Assembly: GCA_030390025.1 (NCBI GenBank)
Contig: CM059432.1
Span: 76,572,001-76,636,000, forward strand
Length of the DNA stretch: 64,000 bases
Direction: 5' to 3'
Source: Squalus acanthias
Lineage: Eukaryota
The notes beneath the pieces were generated by a model. The model made no database searches and had not been told where the DNA came from. It saw only the letters and a program-made list of their open reading frames with translations. Made by a program: the position numbers and the translations under genes. Numbering within the stretch: the stretch's first letter is position 1; every line of letters starts with the position of its first letter. Positions 12,579-24,633 of the stretch are shown here, one piece after another.

Positions 12579-12914
12579 ATTATGTTCTTATACCCAGAGA
12601 GTTTCCTACTGATGGTACAGAATAAGGTAATAGCAGATCAAAGGGTTGATATCCATATTAGTCAATTTAGTGCAGCAACAATTTTGGGGTAGGTGTACTG
12701 TGCTACTGCAATGAGCACAGGTGAAAAGAACTGTTAATGCATTGGCCAAATGTGACATTTAGCTGAAGGTCTCATCTATCGAAGGTTGGCACATAACTTT
12801 GCTGCCTACAAAGGTATTTCAGCAAGGATATTATTTGGCTCAATATCATGGTCTTGCTCTGCTTTTGGCTGCAGGTGGGCCATATTCTCCTCCTCTTCAA
12901 CTTGGTCTATTGTT

Positions 12915-13700
12915 AGGCCTCTCTTTATTGTGCAGCAAGCAGCAGATTATGCTAATTTTGGAGATCCTGATGGGCTGTATTCTAAGATGCCCCTTGATCT
13001 GTCTAGGCATCCAAAGTGTTACTTCAAGATACCTATAGTGTGTTTGATAATAATCCTAGTGACTCCATGGGGTTCATCATCTCTTCATCAACCTGCTGTT
13101 TATAGATATCTGGTGTTATAAGCCAGAACTATAGAGGGTAGCCTCGGCTTCCTAGGAATCATTCTTATAGACTGCCTTCCCTTTAAATAGTTCAGGCATG
13201 CAAGATCATCTTAAAATGAAGGCATCATAACTGCTGCCTGGGAAGGATCCTGTGTAGCTGAATATTAACCATCTAGACATTGATGGAGTAGAACCCCTTG
13301 CAGTTCAAGAAGGCCATGGGATTGTGTATAGGGGTCAAAGAGACAAATGGGTACTGTCAGCAATGCCCTGGAATTTGTGGAATGCAGCAATACAGAGAAA
13401 TTACAATGCCCTCTCATTCTGCTGCCAGTTTTTCAGGATGAAAGTGATAAAGGCATTAGCTTGGCCAACAATGCATCAGCGATCTGCTTAATGAATCTAT
13501 GCGCTGCAGATTGACTGATGTTGCTGATGTCTCCTGCACCAAAGTTCAGATCTGTGGTGATCTTAATTGCTTCTGATAGTGTTGTCTCTGTTGAGAAGGT
13601 TGTTTGCAGGTTAGCTCCTAGTAGATGGCAGAACTCTGTCACTGCCTCGCTAGTGAATTAAAGCCTCCAAAAGTACTTTTCCTAGGGCATTCGCAGATAG
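12915..13700 (-). pseudogene. Old, degenerate HARBI1-like transposase relic
   Basis: TEFCHLLGANLQ...AIKITTDLNF..GDISNISQSAAHRFIKQIADALL. Downstream QTIGILK..FGCLDRS, CLLHN. Confidence 0.75.
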
Positions 13701-14074
13701 TTTCAATTAGGTCTGTAGACATGGCTGTGGGAGATAAGAGCAGTCCACTTCTGGTTCAATTGCACTTTTCTCGCATTCTCCCTTGCATTCTCTTCTTCCT
13801 CCCCAAAAGAGCACAAAAAGAGAGGAACATCCAAAAAATTCCCTTTAAGCAGTCACTTGCTATCTACACCGAAATGGCCAAGCCCTCATTGGCCATTTTG
13901 AGAAAATCAGGGAATCATGCTTGCATTTATTAAACTCACATTAATGTGCATTTAAATATTAAAGCTTTCACCATGTGGAACACAACATTTGCCCTGTTGA
14001 GTGGTAATATTATGACAATTAAATCAGTGGTCCTTGTCCTAATCATTTCTAGAAATCAGGAATGTTCCCTTCAA

Positions 14075-14510
14075 TTTTTCTTCTCCTTATCCCTCTACTC
14101 CTGAAGGCAGAAATTCATTTTGCTATGGTTCTAGGAGTGACAACCCTCTTGTACCTACCCAAATGTCCATTCTTTAATTACGATCAAAAACATTGAGTGA
14201 TATGGAACAATTCAACTGTGGGCCTACCACATCTGAGCTTGACCCTGTTCTCACCTAGCAGCTGCCTCAATCACTTACTGCAGGCATCACTGGTTAGCAG
14301 TTGCGTGCTGTATCCAATTTTTCCCCTCCCTAGCCTAGGGACATTCATGCTAATTGTGCACTTCCACCATCACCATGACTGAGATGTACTGACAGTACAG
14401 ATTAGGATCAATAAAGGTCTGCTTGCCCACATTGGCCAGATTATAGCCTTCCTAGATTGTATGGCTCAGCATCACACCATAAAGTGCAATTACCCACTGA
14501 ACTATCAGGT
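14075..14510 (-). mobile_element. Degenerate tRNA-derived SINE (AmnSINE2-like)
   Basis: Shares ccctccctagcctagg and flanking blocks with 39150-39530. Family name from recalled consensus. Confidence 0.45.
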
Positions 14511-14665
14511 ACTGCAGCAGCTTTTTTTAAATAAATCCGTAGAGAATGAAATTATTTTTCCTTAAATTTCTTTCTTTAAATTTCTTAATGAGCCACAGAA
14601 CCATTCTGGTAATCTGGCCTTTCTGTGCCCTCGCTGGCACTTTTGAACCTTAACTGCAGTCTATT

Positions 14666-15357
14666 GGCCCAGAATTTGCTGCAGCCGAGTTCCCCATTTG
14701 CATCTCACGGCGTATGCCGTTAGTTAGACTTTAAGGAAGCATCTGGGACCTTGGTGAATGATGGGACCAACAGTCTATATGCTTACCCAATGAGATTTAA
14801 CGATAGAGAAAGAACCAGAGGAGCAACGGAGAACAAAATAGGATGAATTAGAGTCAGAATTAGATACAGAAAGACAAATAAAGAGAAGGAAAGAAAGATT
14901 GGATTAATAGAGAGAGAAAAAAAAGAAACAGAAAGGAAAAGTAAGAAAAAAAATTTTAAACTTAAATTTAAAAACAATTTACTACCTGCAGGAATGAAAC
15001 TCCACGGTTATAATTGTTCCCTTTCTTGGCCTCTGAGGCTGAGTGGCATTGCAGGAACCTAAATTTCGTCATTCAAAGGGTCCTTATGTCGTTAAGTACC
15101 AGCCCTAACTTTCTGTGGCAAGTTTAATTTGTTTTAAGAGAGCAAATGCCGCAACTTCATGATACTCTCAGGGAGGTTGATGGCAAGCTCTCGTTTACGC
15201 GAGGCTAACGGCGGAGTGGTGCAAATCATCCAGCAATTTGTGGTAATTTGCAACTCATGGCATATCTCTTCCTTGCTGCAAATTGCTGGGTTCTTTACAC
15301 ATCAATTACAGCGTGTGCCTTTAACTTCCTGAATATTGACCCAGCAAATTCTGAGCC
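14666..15357. mobile_element. Harbinger-type non-autonomous element
   Basis: TIRs GGCCCAGAATTTGCTG / CAGCAAATTCTGAGCC (15/16). TSD not conserved. Confidence 0.75.
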
Positions 15358-16622
15358 CCACATTTTAGTTGTGGAATCACTTTGGGAGCTCCAGTTTTGA
15401 TCCACTTTGCGATCATAGGCTCCACACTCTGTTTATGCACCGACGTAAGTGCTGTGATGCTAAAACCAATACATAAATGCACTCTTACTCTGAAATCCAC
15501 TTGTCTTAGCCTGCATGTTCTTTAAATTTTTTCAGAAAAGTACATCTGAAGAGCAAAACAGCACTGAAATTCTGATTTTATTTTTCATTCACGCTGTGTT
15601 TACCCAGCCTTGTTGAGGTGTCATGCTGCCAGAACAATTATTGTGAAAAGGTTCCAATGCAGCCTCATTTTGCAAGCATTACAATGATTTGACACAGCAC
15701 TTTGGTTGTTCCCTTAAATTGATTTTATTTTATTCAATCAAACTTCCAAATGTGAAAAATAAAATTTTCAATCAAAATTTATACTTAATCATAATGGTAT
15801 TCGCTGAAGTATATTTGGCAGAAACCTAATAAATAAACTGCCATTTGAAAGCATCTAGTATTAGCAGCTAGGATTTCCAGTATCGGTAGTTTCTATAAAT
15901 TAATGTATCAGTTAATTGATTGGCTACTGATGTAATTGATTTGAAACCAGGTATTAGAATAATGATTGTCTCCTTTTTGTAATAATATCACTGCTTACAG
16001 TTAGCACCAGCAGAAAGAGAATAATTGATATAACTCTGTTAAGAAAACCACACATGTAGATTCTGTAAATCAATAATTCTGAATGAACAAAGGTTACAAA
16101 GAGGAAAGCTCGTCACAATGGACAAATATGAGATGTTGTTAAGAGCGACTATAAAGTCCATTCTATAAACAGCAAAGATAGGATCGGGCCAGGCTAATAT
16201 GGGGACACATTGCAGTAAACGTAGGCTCACCTTCTTTAATCCTTCCAAATCCTTTGGTATATTTAACCTCATCACAGTCTATGGCAATGTGAACTATTTG
16301 ACAATGATAAAGGCCATCTATAATACTAAACTGATTCACTCAAGTTAATTTTAATTCAGCAATTTAGGTCTTTATTAAACTGAATTTGGGGAAGTGTTTG
16401 CTACCTTATATAGGATCTGAATAGGTTTGACTTTGCAAACAGGCTGAATTCAACTTTTCCAAAATCTCCCATAGACATTGACAGTGGTAGTTGTTCAAAC
16501 TGCATAAACATACTTTTATCCTTGGTCATAAATTAAAAGTTAGGTTTATCTTTAATGTTTATTATGTATTTTCTTTTGCTTTATATATGTTATGTAGGCA
16601 TGTTTCCTCAATGATGCAAAAA

Positions 16623-16891
16623 CAGTAATCCCTCCCCAACCGCGGGGAATACATCCCTGAAAACCCCCGTGGTTAGTAAAACCGTGGTTGGCAAATACAG
16701 TATAAATGTTCAAATAACACAATAAAAAAGAATATAAAAGCAATAAAATCATGTTATTTACCTTAATCCTAAATTAAAAACCGCGTATACGCAAAATTCA
16801 CTGCCGCGGTTGGCAAAAGTTGTCGCAGAGAGGAAACCGTGTATACTTGAAATCCGCGTATGGCAAAACCACGGTTGGGGCGGGATTCCTG
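16623..16891. mobile_element. Tc1/mariner-pogo (Tigger-like) MITE
   Basis: TIRs CAGTAATCCCTCCCCAACCGCGG / CCACGGTTGGGGCGGGATTCCTG (20/23). TA on the right flank, AA on the left. Confidence 0.75.
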
Positions 16892-17144
16892 TATACATTT
16901 CCTGGTTTAGAATATTCAAGAGAAAGACTAGAATGTCACATAAAGCCTCCTGTCGAAGTTGTTTAGGTTTCAATGAGGTTGTAGGAACTATTCTATATAT
17001 TGAAATACAGAAGGTGTTTTGTGCGAATTGTGGGAACCCAATAGCCAGATTCAGAGTGACGAGTTTACAGAGGTGTTTTCCATTATAAATGTGGACAAAA
17101 ATGAGAAGTCGCACAACACCAGGTTATAGTCCAACAGATTTATT

Positions 17145-17193
17145 TAATTTTACAAGCTTTCGGAGCAGTTCGCTCCTTCGTCAGGTAAGTTTA
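17145..17193 (-). ncRNA. Minimal type I hammerhead ribozyme (mirror copy)
   Basis: Exact reverse complement of 18655-18703. Confidence 0.8.
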
Positions 17194-17412
17194 GCAGTGA
17201 GAGAATCTCCCAGAATTCACAATTTAAACACAGACAAAATATATTCAAATCTTTCCTACATCAAAGAGCATAGCCAAGACAATGAGATGTGTCCCAGGGG
17301 GTCCAACGTGTCAAACCACCTGCTGGCTGCATATCCTGTCAATCTGTGTAGGTTCTTGTGTTAGCCTTTTTTTAAAAAAAAAACACCTGGGAAGACCGGC
17401 CATGATGTCAAG

Positions 17413-17888
17413 TCACGTTCTGTATCGTGACATGAACCCGATATCGCGATTGAGGCCATCCTCATGAGTGCGGAACTTGGCTATCAGTTTCTGCTCTATG
17501 ATTTTGCGCTGTCGTGTATCTCGAAGGCCGCCTTGGAGAACGCTTACCCGCATATCCGAGGCTGAATGCCCCTGGCTGCTGAAGTGTTCCCCGACTGGGA
17601 GGCAACCCTCCTGCCTGGCGATTGTTGCGCGGTGTCCGTTCATACGTTGTCTCAGTGTCTGCATGGTCTCGCCGATGTACCATGCTCTGGAGCATCCTTT
17701 ACTGCAACGTATCAGGTAGACAACGTTGGCCGAGTCACATGAGTATGTACCGTGTACCTGGTGGGTAGTGTCCTCACGTGTGATGATGGTATCTGTGTCC
17801 ATGATTTGGCATGTCTTGCAGAGGTTGCCATGGCAGGGTTGTGTGGTGTCTTGGTTGCTGTTCGCCTGAAAGATGGGTAATCTGCTGC
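17413..17888 (-). CDS. Penelope GIY-YIG endonuclease C-terminal fragment (left arm)
   Basis: PCHGNLCKTC..., NVVYLIRCSKGC..AWYIGET.QTLRQRMNGHR...VGEHF...EQKLIAKF.TH..GLN. Confidence 0.85.
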
Positions 17889-17889
17889 T

Positions 17890-18435
17890 GCTAAGGCCAT
17901 CCCCACGCCTCCACTACTCGCCTTCAAGCAGCCGCCTAACCTCAAAAGTACCATCGTTCGCAGCAGATTACCCATCTTTCAGGCGAACAGCAACCAAGAC
18001 ACCACACAACCCTACCATGGCAACCTCTGCAAGACATGCCAAATCATGGACACAGATACCATCATCACACGTGAGGACACTACCCACCAGGTACACGGTA
18101 CATACTCATGTGACTCGGCCAACGTTGTCTACCTGATACGTTGCAGTAAAGGATGCTCCAGAGCATGGTACATCGGCGAGACCATGCAGACACTGAGACA
18201 ACGTATGAACGGACACCGCGCAACAATCGCCAGGCAGGAGGGTTGCCTCCCAGTCGGGGAACACTTCAGCAGCCAGGGGCATTCAGCCTCGGATATGCGG
18301 GTAAGCGTTCTCCAAGGCGGCCTTCGAGATACACGACAGCGCAAAATCATAGAGCAGAAACTGATAGCCAAGTTCCGCACTCATGAGGATGGCCTCAATC
18401 GCGATATCGGGTTCATGTCACGATACAGAACGTGA
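17890..18435 (+). CDS. Penelope RT-EN linker + GIY-YIG endonuclease fragment (spacer + right arm)
   Basis: Open frame AKAIPTPPLLAFKQPPNLKSTIVRSRLP...CKTC...VVYLIRC...YIGET...GLNRDIGFMSRYRT*. 5'-truncated, no RT domain. Confidence 0.9.
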   Translation, partial: AKAIPTPPLLAFKQPPNLKSTIVRSRLPIFQANSNQDTTQPYHGNLCKTCQIMDTDTIITREDTTHQVHGTYSCDSANVVYLIRCSKGCSRAWYIGETMQTLRQRMNGHRATIARQEGCLPVGEHFSSQGHSASDMRVSVLQGGLRDTRQRKIIEQKLIAKFRTHEDGLNRDIGFMSRYRT

Positions 18436-18654
18436 CTTGACATCATGGCCGGTCTTCCCAGGTGTTTTTTTTTTTAAAAAAGGCTAACACAAGAACCTAC
18501 ACAGATTGACAGGATATGCAGCCAGCAGGTGGTTTGACACGTTGGACCCCCTGGGACACATCTCATTGTCTTGGCTATGCTCTTTGATGTAGGAAAGATT
18601 TGAATATATTTTGTCTGTGTTTAAATTGTGAATTCTGGGAGATTCTCTCACTGC

Positions 18655-18703
18655 TAAACTTACCTGACGAAGGAGCGAACTGCTCCGAAAGCTTGTAAAA
18701 TTA
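18655..18703 (+). ncRNA. Minimal type I hammerhead ribozyme in the Penelope 3' region
   Basis: taaacTTAC-CTGACGA-A-GGAGC(gaact)GCTCC-GAAA-GC-TT-GTAAaatta: core CUGANGA and GAAA, 5-bp stem II, palindromic AGCT stem III, stem I TTAC/GTAA. Confidence 0.8.
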
Positions 18704-18925
18704 AATAAATCTGTTGGACTATAACCTGGTGTTGTGCGACTTCTCATTTTTGTCCACCCCAGTCCAACGCCGGCATCTCCACATCATTATAAATGTGGAC
18801 ATGGAAATTTATAGTGGAAACAGTTGACACAAAAAGTATGGCAAGATAGATGGATAGATAATGTAAACTGGATTGTACTGACTGTGAATTAGAAGAGGCA
18901 TGTCCACATTCAGTATAGTTATAAA

Positions 18926-19110
18926 CTGTAAATGCTGGAAATCTGAAATAAAAGCAGAAAATGGTATAATTGCACAGCAGAGACATTAGCATCTCAATAG
19001 AGCAAAGACAGGTAAAAGTTTCAGGGCCAAGGTTTGTTACCCAAAATGCTAACCTGTTGTTTCTCTTTTCAGATACTGATGCAGCTGCTGTATATTGCCA
19101 GCATTTTCTA
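18926..19110. repeat. Degenerate foldback repeat related to 9829-9958
   Basis: cagaaaatggtataattgcacagcag ... ctgctgtatattgccagcattttct form imperfect inverted arms. Confidence 0.5.
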
Positions 19111-19672
19111 TTGCCCAAATTCACACAAAGAAAAGAAACAGTTTGCTAGGGCACAATTCCATAGCCACAGCTACAGAGCCAGCCAATGCAATCCACTGCA
19201 GTGAATGACAACTTGTTTCTCCCTCCCACCCCAAATAGACTGGAAGGGGAGACATAGGCCGCGATTTTATCGGCTCTCAGAGGGCGGGTTTGGAGGCGGG
19301 TCAGAGGTTAAAATCTTTTTGATTGACGGCGGGTTGCGATCCCACCGTCAACCCACCTCCAAACAATTTTCCCAAGTGCCAGCTGTGGAAGTCCCAATCA
19401 GTCCTGCCACCAAGCGGCGGGAGAGGCCCTTAAGGCAGTTAACAGCTTGACAGCTGCAGCTCCAGCATAAAAGCGGAGCTCTAACATGGCTCACTTACAG
19501 ATGACAGAACTTCATTTTTTCAGGTGTTGGAACACTTTTTTTGCAGGTCTACTGAGCTTGTAAGTGGTGAAGCTGAGATCCATCTCCACTGTGACCTCCT
19601 GGGAAAACCCTCTCCCCACATTGACTGAGCACGTATAACTTCTATTCCTCAACTGACATACCTACCAGCAGC

Positions 19673-20877
19673 ATGGGAACCATTTATACCCTGTCATCCT
19701 GGTCCTCAGATTGGGAGGAAGAACAGCCGTGGCAACAGCAGAACCAGGCACAACAGCAGCAGCAACAACAGGAGCGCCAACCTCCTCCTCACCCACCTGA
19801 TGCTGCACAGGGCAGAGGGCGTCAGCACAGGGCTGCACCTCGCCACAGGAGATACCCCCAACACAGGGTTTACAGGCAGAGGATGAGCTTCCTCAACATG
19901 ACTGAGCAGCAGTGCCAAAGGAGGCTGAGACTTTTGGGAGAGGTAGTGGGTGACATCTGCGCAATGCTGCAGCAACACCTGGAGCCCAGAGAAGTGGGTG
20001 GATACCCCTTACCAGTGGCTGGCAAAGTCACCACCGCCCTCAATTTTTTTGCTTCAGGGTCCTTCCAGGGCTCATCAGCAGACATCTCCCAGTCGTCCGC
20101 AAACACTTGCATCACGCAGGTTACCGACGCCCTCTTTGCAAAGGTGCACAATTACATTCACTTCTCCACGGATGAGGCAAGTGTACGGTTGGCTTTGCAA
20201 AGCTGGCAGGCTTGCCAAGGGTGCAGGACGTCGTAGACTGCACACATGTGGCCATTAGGGCACCCCATCACAGCCCAGCTGTATTTGTCAACCGCAAGGG
20301 CTTCCACTCCCTTAACGTCCAGCTGGTGTGTAACCACAGGAAGAACATTATGCATGTTTGCGCAAAGTAACCTGGCAGTTGCCATGACCTGTTAAGCCTG
20401 CGGCAGTCTACTGTGCCTCCGCTCTTCAATCCGCCAACCCAACTTTCCGGATGGCTACTTGGAGACAAGGGCTATCCCCTGAAGACGTGGCTAATGACGC
20501 CGTTGAGGAGGCCATCAAACGAAGCAGAGGAGCGCTACAATGCCAGCCACATTTCCACCAGAGCCATCATCGAGCAAACCATCGGCTTGCTCAAAATGTG
20601 ATTCAGATGCCTTGACAGATCAGGTGGAGCCCTACAGTACTCACCAGCCAGGGTCTCCAGAATCGTCGTGGTCTGCTGTGCACTGCATAACATCGCACAG
20701 CAGCGTGGCTTGCAGCTGCCTGAGGAACAAGTGGCTCAGCGCATAGCCTGCTCAGATGAGAAGGAGGATGAGGAGGAGGAAGACCTTGCGGAGGTGGATG
20801 AGCCAGCTCCAGCAGCATGTGATCACATTGCTGCCCTGATGCAAGGGATGCACTAATCTTTGCCAGATTACCTTAGG
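19673..20877 (+). pseudogene. HARBI1-like DDE transposase (H4)
   Basis: Q-rich N-terminus, [66 protein letters not shown], acidic tail. Frameshift near 20190, stops near 20368 and 20599. Confidence 0.9.
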
Positions 20878-21151
20878 TAGACGAATCAAACACATGTGGC
20901 TGGCACCTTCTTATCACACCATACACAATGGACAAGAACCTGTGGGTTCCTATCACTCTCACCACCATCATTACAAATGCAAGTCACCCTGAGCCCTCAA
21001 TGTGCAACTTCCATTTCCCAGAACACAGAGGCCAGACCTTCAACTGTTTGCCATGACTTTTGTTTTATACATACACAAAAGGATGACAATGCCAAAAATT
21101 AAACACAACAAAAGACAACAGAACAGAACACCCAAGTGATTACCCTTGTGA

Positions 21152-23122
21152 CTAATTGTGCTTTATCTTCCTCTTATGCGTGCTTCTACGCGGTGCTTCC
21201 CCTGTGGCTTCAGCAGATGTGGAGGCACCTTGCTCACTTTCATGCTGCTCCTGCTTCAACACTTTTGGTGGGCATCCTCTGGGTTTGCGAGCCTGTGAGG
21301 GCTCGCCAACAGTCTGCTCCTCCTGCGGCTGTGCAGGGGCTGAGACGCCCATCTCAGTTGGGGCTCTGACCGATGGTTACGCAATGGCATGGGAGTGTGA
21401 GCGCTTGGAGAGGAGCCCACACTTCCTTGTTGCCTGCCACCAACATCCCTCTCATGGGTCAGCCCCACTTCAGTGCCAGCAAATGGCTGGACAGCACCTT
21501 GCTGCACACCAGGGGGGCCATGAGGACCCGTATCTGCACTGGCAGTCCTCTTCAAAAGGACTTCCATGAAGCTCTGGTTTCTCTGCTCAGTAGCTGACCA
21601 TCGCTCCTCCAGAGATGTCAATCTATTCTGAACATTCACCATGTCTTCCTGACTCTGGCGACTTATTTCCTCCATGACCGTAGCCATCCTCTCCTCTACC
21701 GTAGGCATCCTTTCCACTGAGATAGCCATCCTTTCCATGGAGGTAGCCATCGTTTCCACGGAGGTTGCCATCCTTTCCACGGAGGTTGCCATCCTTTCCG
21801 TGGTGGTGCGTTCATGTGCCATTGCCTCCACAAAGGCACTGCTCATGTTAGACATCGTCTCCACACTCGCAGTAACCCTGGATGCAAAACCTGCCAGAGA
21901 CTCCTGCACCTGTTCCTGGAGTTCCAGCACCACTCTCTTTCTGGATGGCCCCAGAGGCACAGGGTCCACATGCAGCTGAGCAGAGCTGGGAGCGCCCTGC
22001 GGCCTCCGACGAGGACTCTCCACTGCTGTCCCTGTCTCCACCATCTGCTAATGCTCACTTGTGAGCTGTGATACACCAGGTGACAACACTACTCTATCTC
22101 GCGAAGGTCCCACCGAGGTGTGCATATCTGCGCTGGTGCTGGGTGCGCTTAATACTGCTGATGCTGCGCCCTCAGAGGTTGCAGCTTCCTCTGAGGAGTC
22201 TTCACGCTCTTCCTCCTGGACAGTGGGGAGGGGGGCTCTCAATGGTCCTGTGGGGGAGTAAAGGCATGAGTTAGACATGTGATATTAACGTTGCATGCAC
22301 ATTGAATTGTGCAGATGATCATAACTCAATCTGTATGAGCATCAGATGCCATATCAGTCACTCATGCAACGTAAATGAGAGAGATGCAAATCTATTCTGT
22401 CACCAGCGCCCGTCTGCCCATCCCCCACTTCCAGATCCTCATCACCTCTGATTATTTCGAGGGCCGCCTCCTCAGCGTTGGTCATGTGGGCAATGGAAGG
22501 TGGCCCTCCTCCTGTCCTAGCCCTCTCCCAATTATTGTGGGCTCTCTTTTCCTGCAACAAGTGGAGTTTGAGTGAGAACGATGGAGTGAATGTAGAGAAG
22601 CCATAGCATAGATGCTTAGAAAGAGACAAAGATGGAGTGAGGTGCCAATACCAAGGACCTCCCTGTGCGTTGTTAGTTGTTGGCATTGCATAACAGTGAT
22701 AGCGAGTGTGAGGGCAGCAAAGTTGAATAGTGGGGTGAGTCTGTACATAGAGAGAGGGATGGTTAAGGGTGCAAGGGATGTAAGGGTAAAGTGGGATGTG
22801 CAGGAGTAGGTTGACAATGCAGAGTGCTGGTGATGAGAGGAGATGGGGAGCAGATTGAGTATAAGTGTGATGTTATACTCACTTTTCCTGAGTGAACCAG
22901 GTCATTAAACCTTTTCCTGCACTGGACCCAGGAGCGAGCACACAATGATCTGGAGCTGACCTCCTCAGCAATTTGCAGCCAGGCTGCTTTGCTTTGCTGA
23001 GGAGGCTTCCTCTGTCCAGAGGATGGGAATATTACCTCCTGGCGCCCTCTCACTTCATCCACAAGAGCTTGGAGGGAGTCATCATCAAAGTGGGGAGAGG
23101 CCTTGGCTCTTGCAGTAGTCAT
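21152..23122 (-). pseudogene. Harbinger Myb/SANT-like gene (H4): exons 23122-22883, 22551-~22400, 22247-21152
   Basis: FDDDSLQALVDEV...AWLQIAEEV...WVQCRKRFNDL; then EKRAHN.ERARTGGGPP; exon 3 carries a heptad repeat and a basic C-terminus. Confidence 0.85.
21675..21805 (-). repeat. 21-bp coding tandem repeat (ERMATSV heptad, ~6 copies)
   Basis: + strand unit ggaggttgccatcctttccac; protein ERMATSV ERMATSV ETMATSM ERMAISV. Confidence 0.85.
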
Positions 23123-24006
23123 GGGAGCAGTTGGCAGCATGAAAACCAACATAAAAGGATAAGACTGAAAGAAGGCTGCATAGGCCCCTTAAATGAAGCT
23201 GGCTGACAGACGTCAGCAGAGGCGAGCAGCAGACCTGAAACCACTGATTGGGCCGGGCAGCGCGCACGCAGGGATTCTATAGGGCAATTAAGGTAGAATT
23301 CCAATTTCTGACTGGCTGAAAGCGGCGGCGGGACCGGAACCCGCCGGCCACCTGACCCGCACCCAACCCGCCAATCGCGGCCACAGTAAGAGTACATGGA
23401 TATTCGCTGCAAAATAGGGCACAGGAATTTGACACAGTACTAGTTTCTAAAGTATATTTAGAATGTAGCTGAAACTGGAATTCATTACTGAGCAGTGCTC
23501 AGGGGAACACTAACCTTTACAGGCAGCAATTTGGTCCTATGAAATACTGCCAAAGATGAAATTACAGCACTTGTTTATTGCAATATGGATAGCACAGGAA
23601 AAAAGATGCTGATTGTTATCAAGAGTATCCATTCAACTTTTGCCAGTTGCATGGTACGTAAGTCAAACTGCCTGAATGATAGACATTATTTTTAGTGAAT
23701 GATTACAGCAGTGGAATTCCCAGCTTCCCTCCAGTAGACTAAAAAAGTCCTTCGTAATGGATAATTGTTCAGATCACCATGCTATGTGGGCACCCGTTGG
23801 ATTAAATTGGTATTTTCTCCCCTAAGCACAACATTGTGAATTCAACTTTCATATCAAGGGCAGGGAGGGGGGAAATCAAGAAATCAGGCTGGATCTTATT
23901 TGCTTTTCTCTGGGACAATGTTCACACTGTTGTTGTTAATTGTTGCACCAAATTATTTCAAAACAAAGTCAGCCAAATGAGGAAAATGCTGCTATTCAGC
24001 TTCAAA

Positions 24007-24290
24007 ATAGAATCATAGAATCATACAGCACAGAAGGAGGCCACTTGGCCAACACGCCTCCCTGGTAGAGCTATCTAATTGGTCCAACTCCCCTACTCTT
24101 TCCCCATGGCCCTGCATTTTTTTAAATATTCAATTCCATTTGAAAGTTACTATTGAATTTGTTTCCACCACCCTTTCAGGTAGTGCATTCCAGACCATAA
24201 TAACTCACTGTGTAAAAAAATACCCATCACTTCCCCTCTGGCTCTTTTGCCAATTACCTTAAATCTGTGTCCTCTGGATATCGATCCTCC
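24007..24290 (-). mobile_element. CR1-type LINE 3' fragment
   Basis: atagaatcatagaatcatacagcacagaaggagg is the reverse complement of the CR1 tail, as at 37700-37740. Confidence 0.8.
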
Positions 24291-24633
24291 TGAAAAATAC
24301 TGTACTTTTCCAAGTGATATGTTAAATAAAGAACCTGTACGTTGTCTGATACAGATGCAGCTGCAGTTCTAATTGGTCATATTTCTGTGAATGACGTTGA
24401 ACCGAATGACCAATTCAGTATCAATAGGGTGAAGGTGGGAAGTACACTAAGGAACCACACAGCCTTACTGGTAATCTGGCCTTCCAGTCAGTTGAATGAT
24501 TGGTGGAAGCAATTGATAGACATTTCAAAATGCAGTATCTTCCAGCTTTAGAATCCATTTAAATGATCTGAATATGGATTAATATTCAAATCTTACTTTA
24601 GTAGTTTTCTGAGCAGAACAATCTGAAATTGAT

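Larger units (their letters stand above)
17091..18784. mobile_element. Penelope-like element, 5'-truncated, with an inverted duplicate (798-bp arms 17091-17888 / 17960-18757)
   Basis: Arms mirror about coordinate sum 35848; only two differences were spotted by eye. 17-bp direct repeat cattataaatgtggaca at 17081-17097 and 18785-18801. Confidence 0.95.
19257..23382. mobile_element. PIF/Harbinger copy H4, full-length, mildly decayed
   Basis: TIRs GGCCGCGATT / AATCGCGGCC. Flanks ATA / ACA (near-TSD). Transposase on +, Myb-like gene on -. Confidence 0.9.

Noticed and set aside
23411..23422. Alternative right TIR for H4 (aaaatagggcac)
   Set aside because: 23373-23382 matches the left TIR 10/10 and gives a near-TSD.
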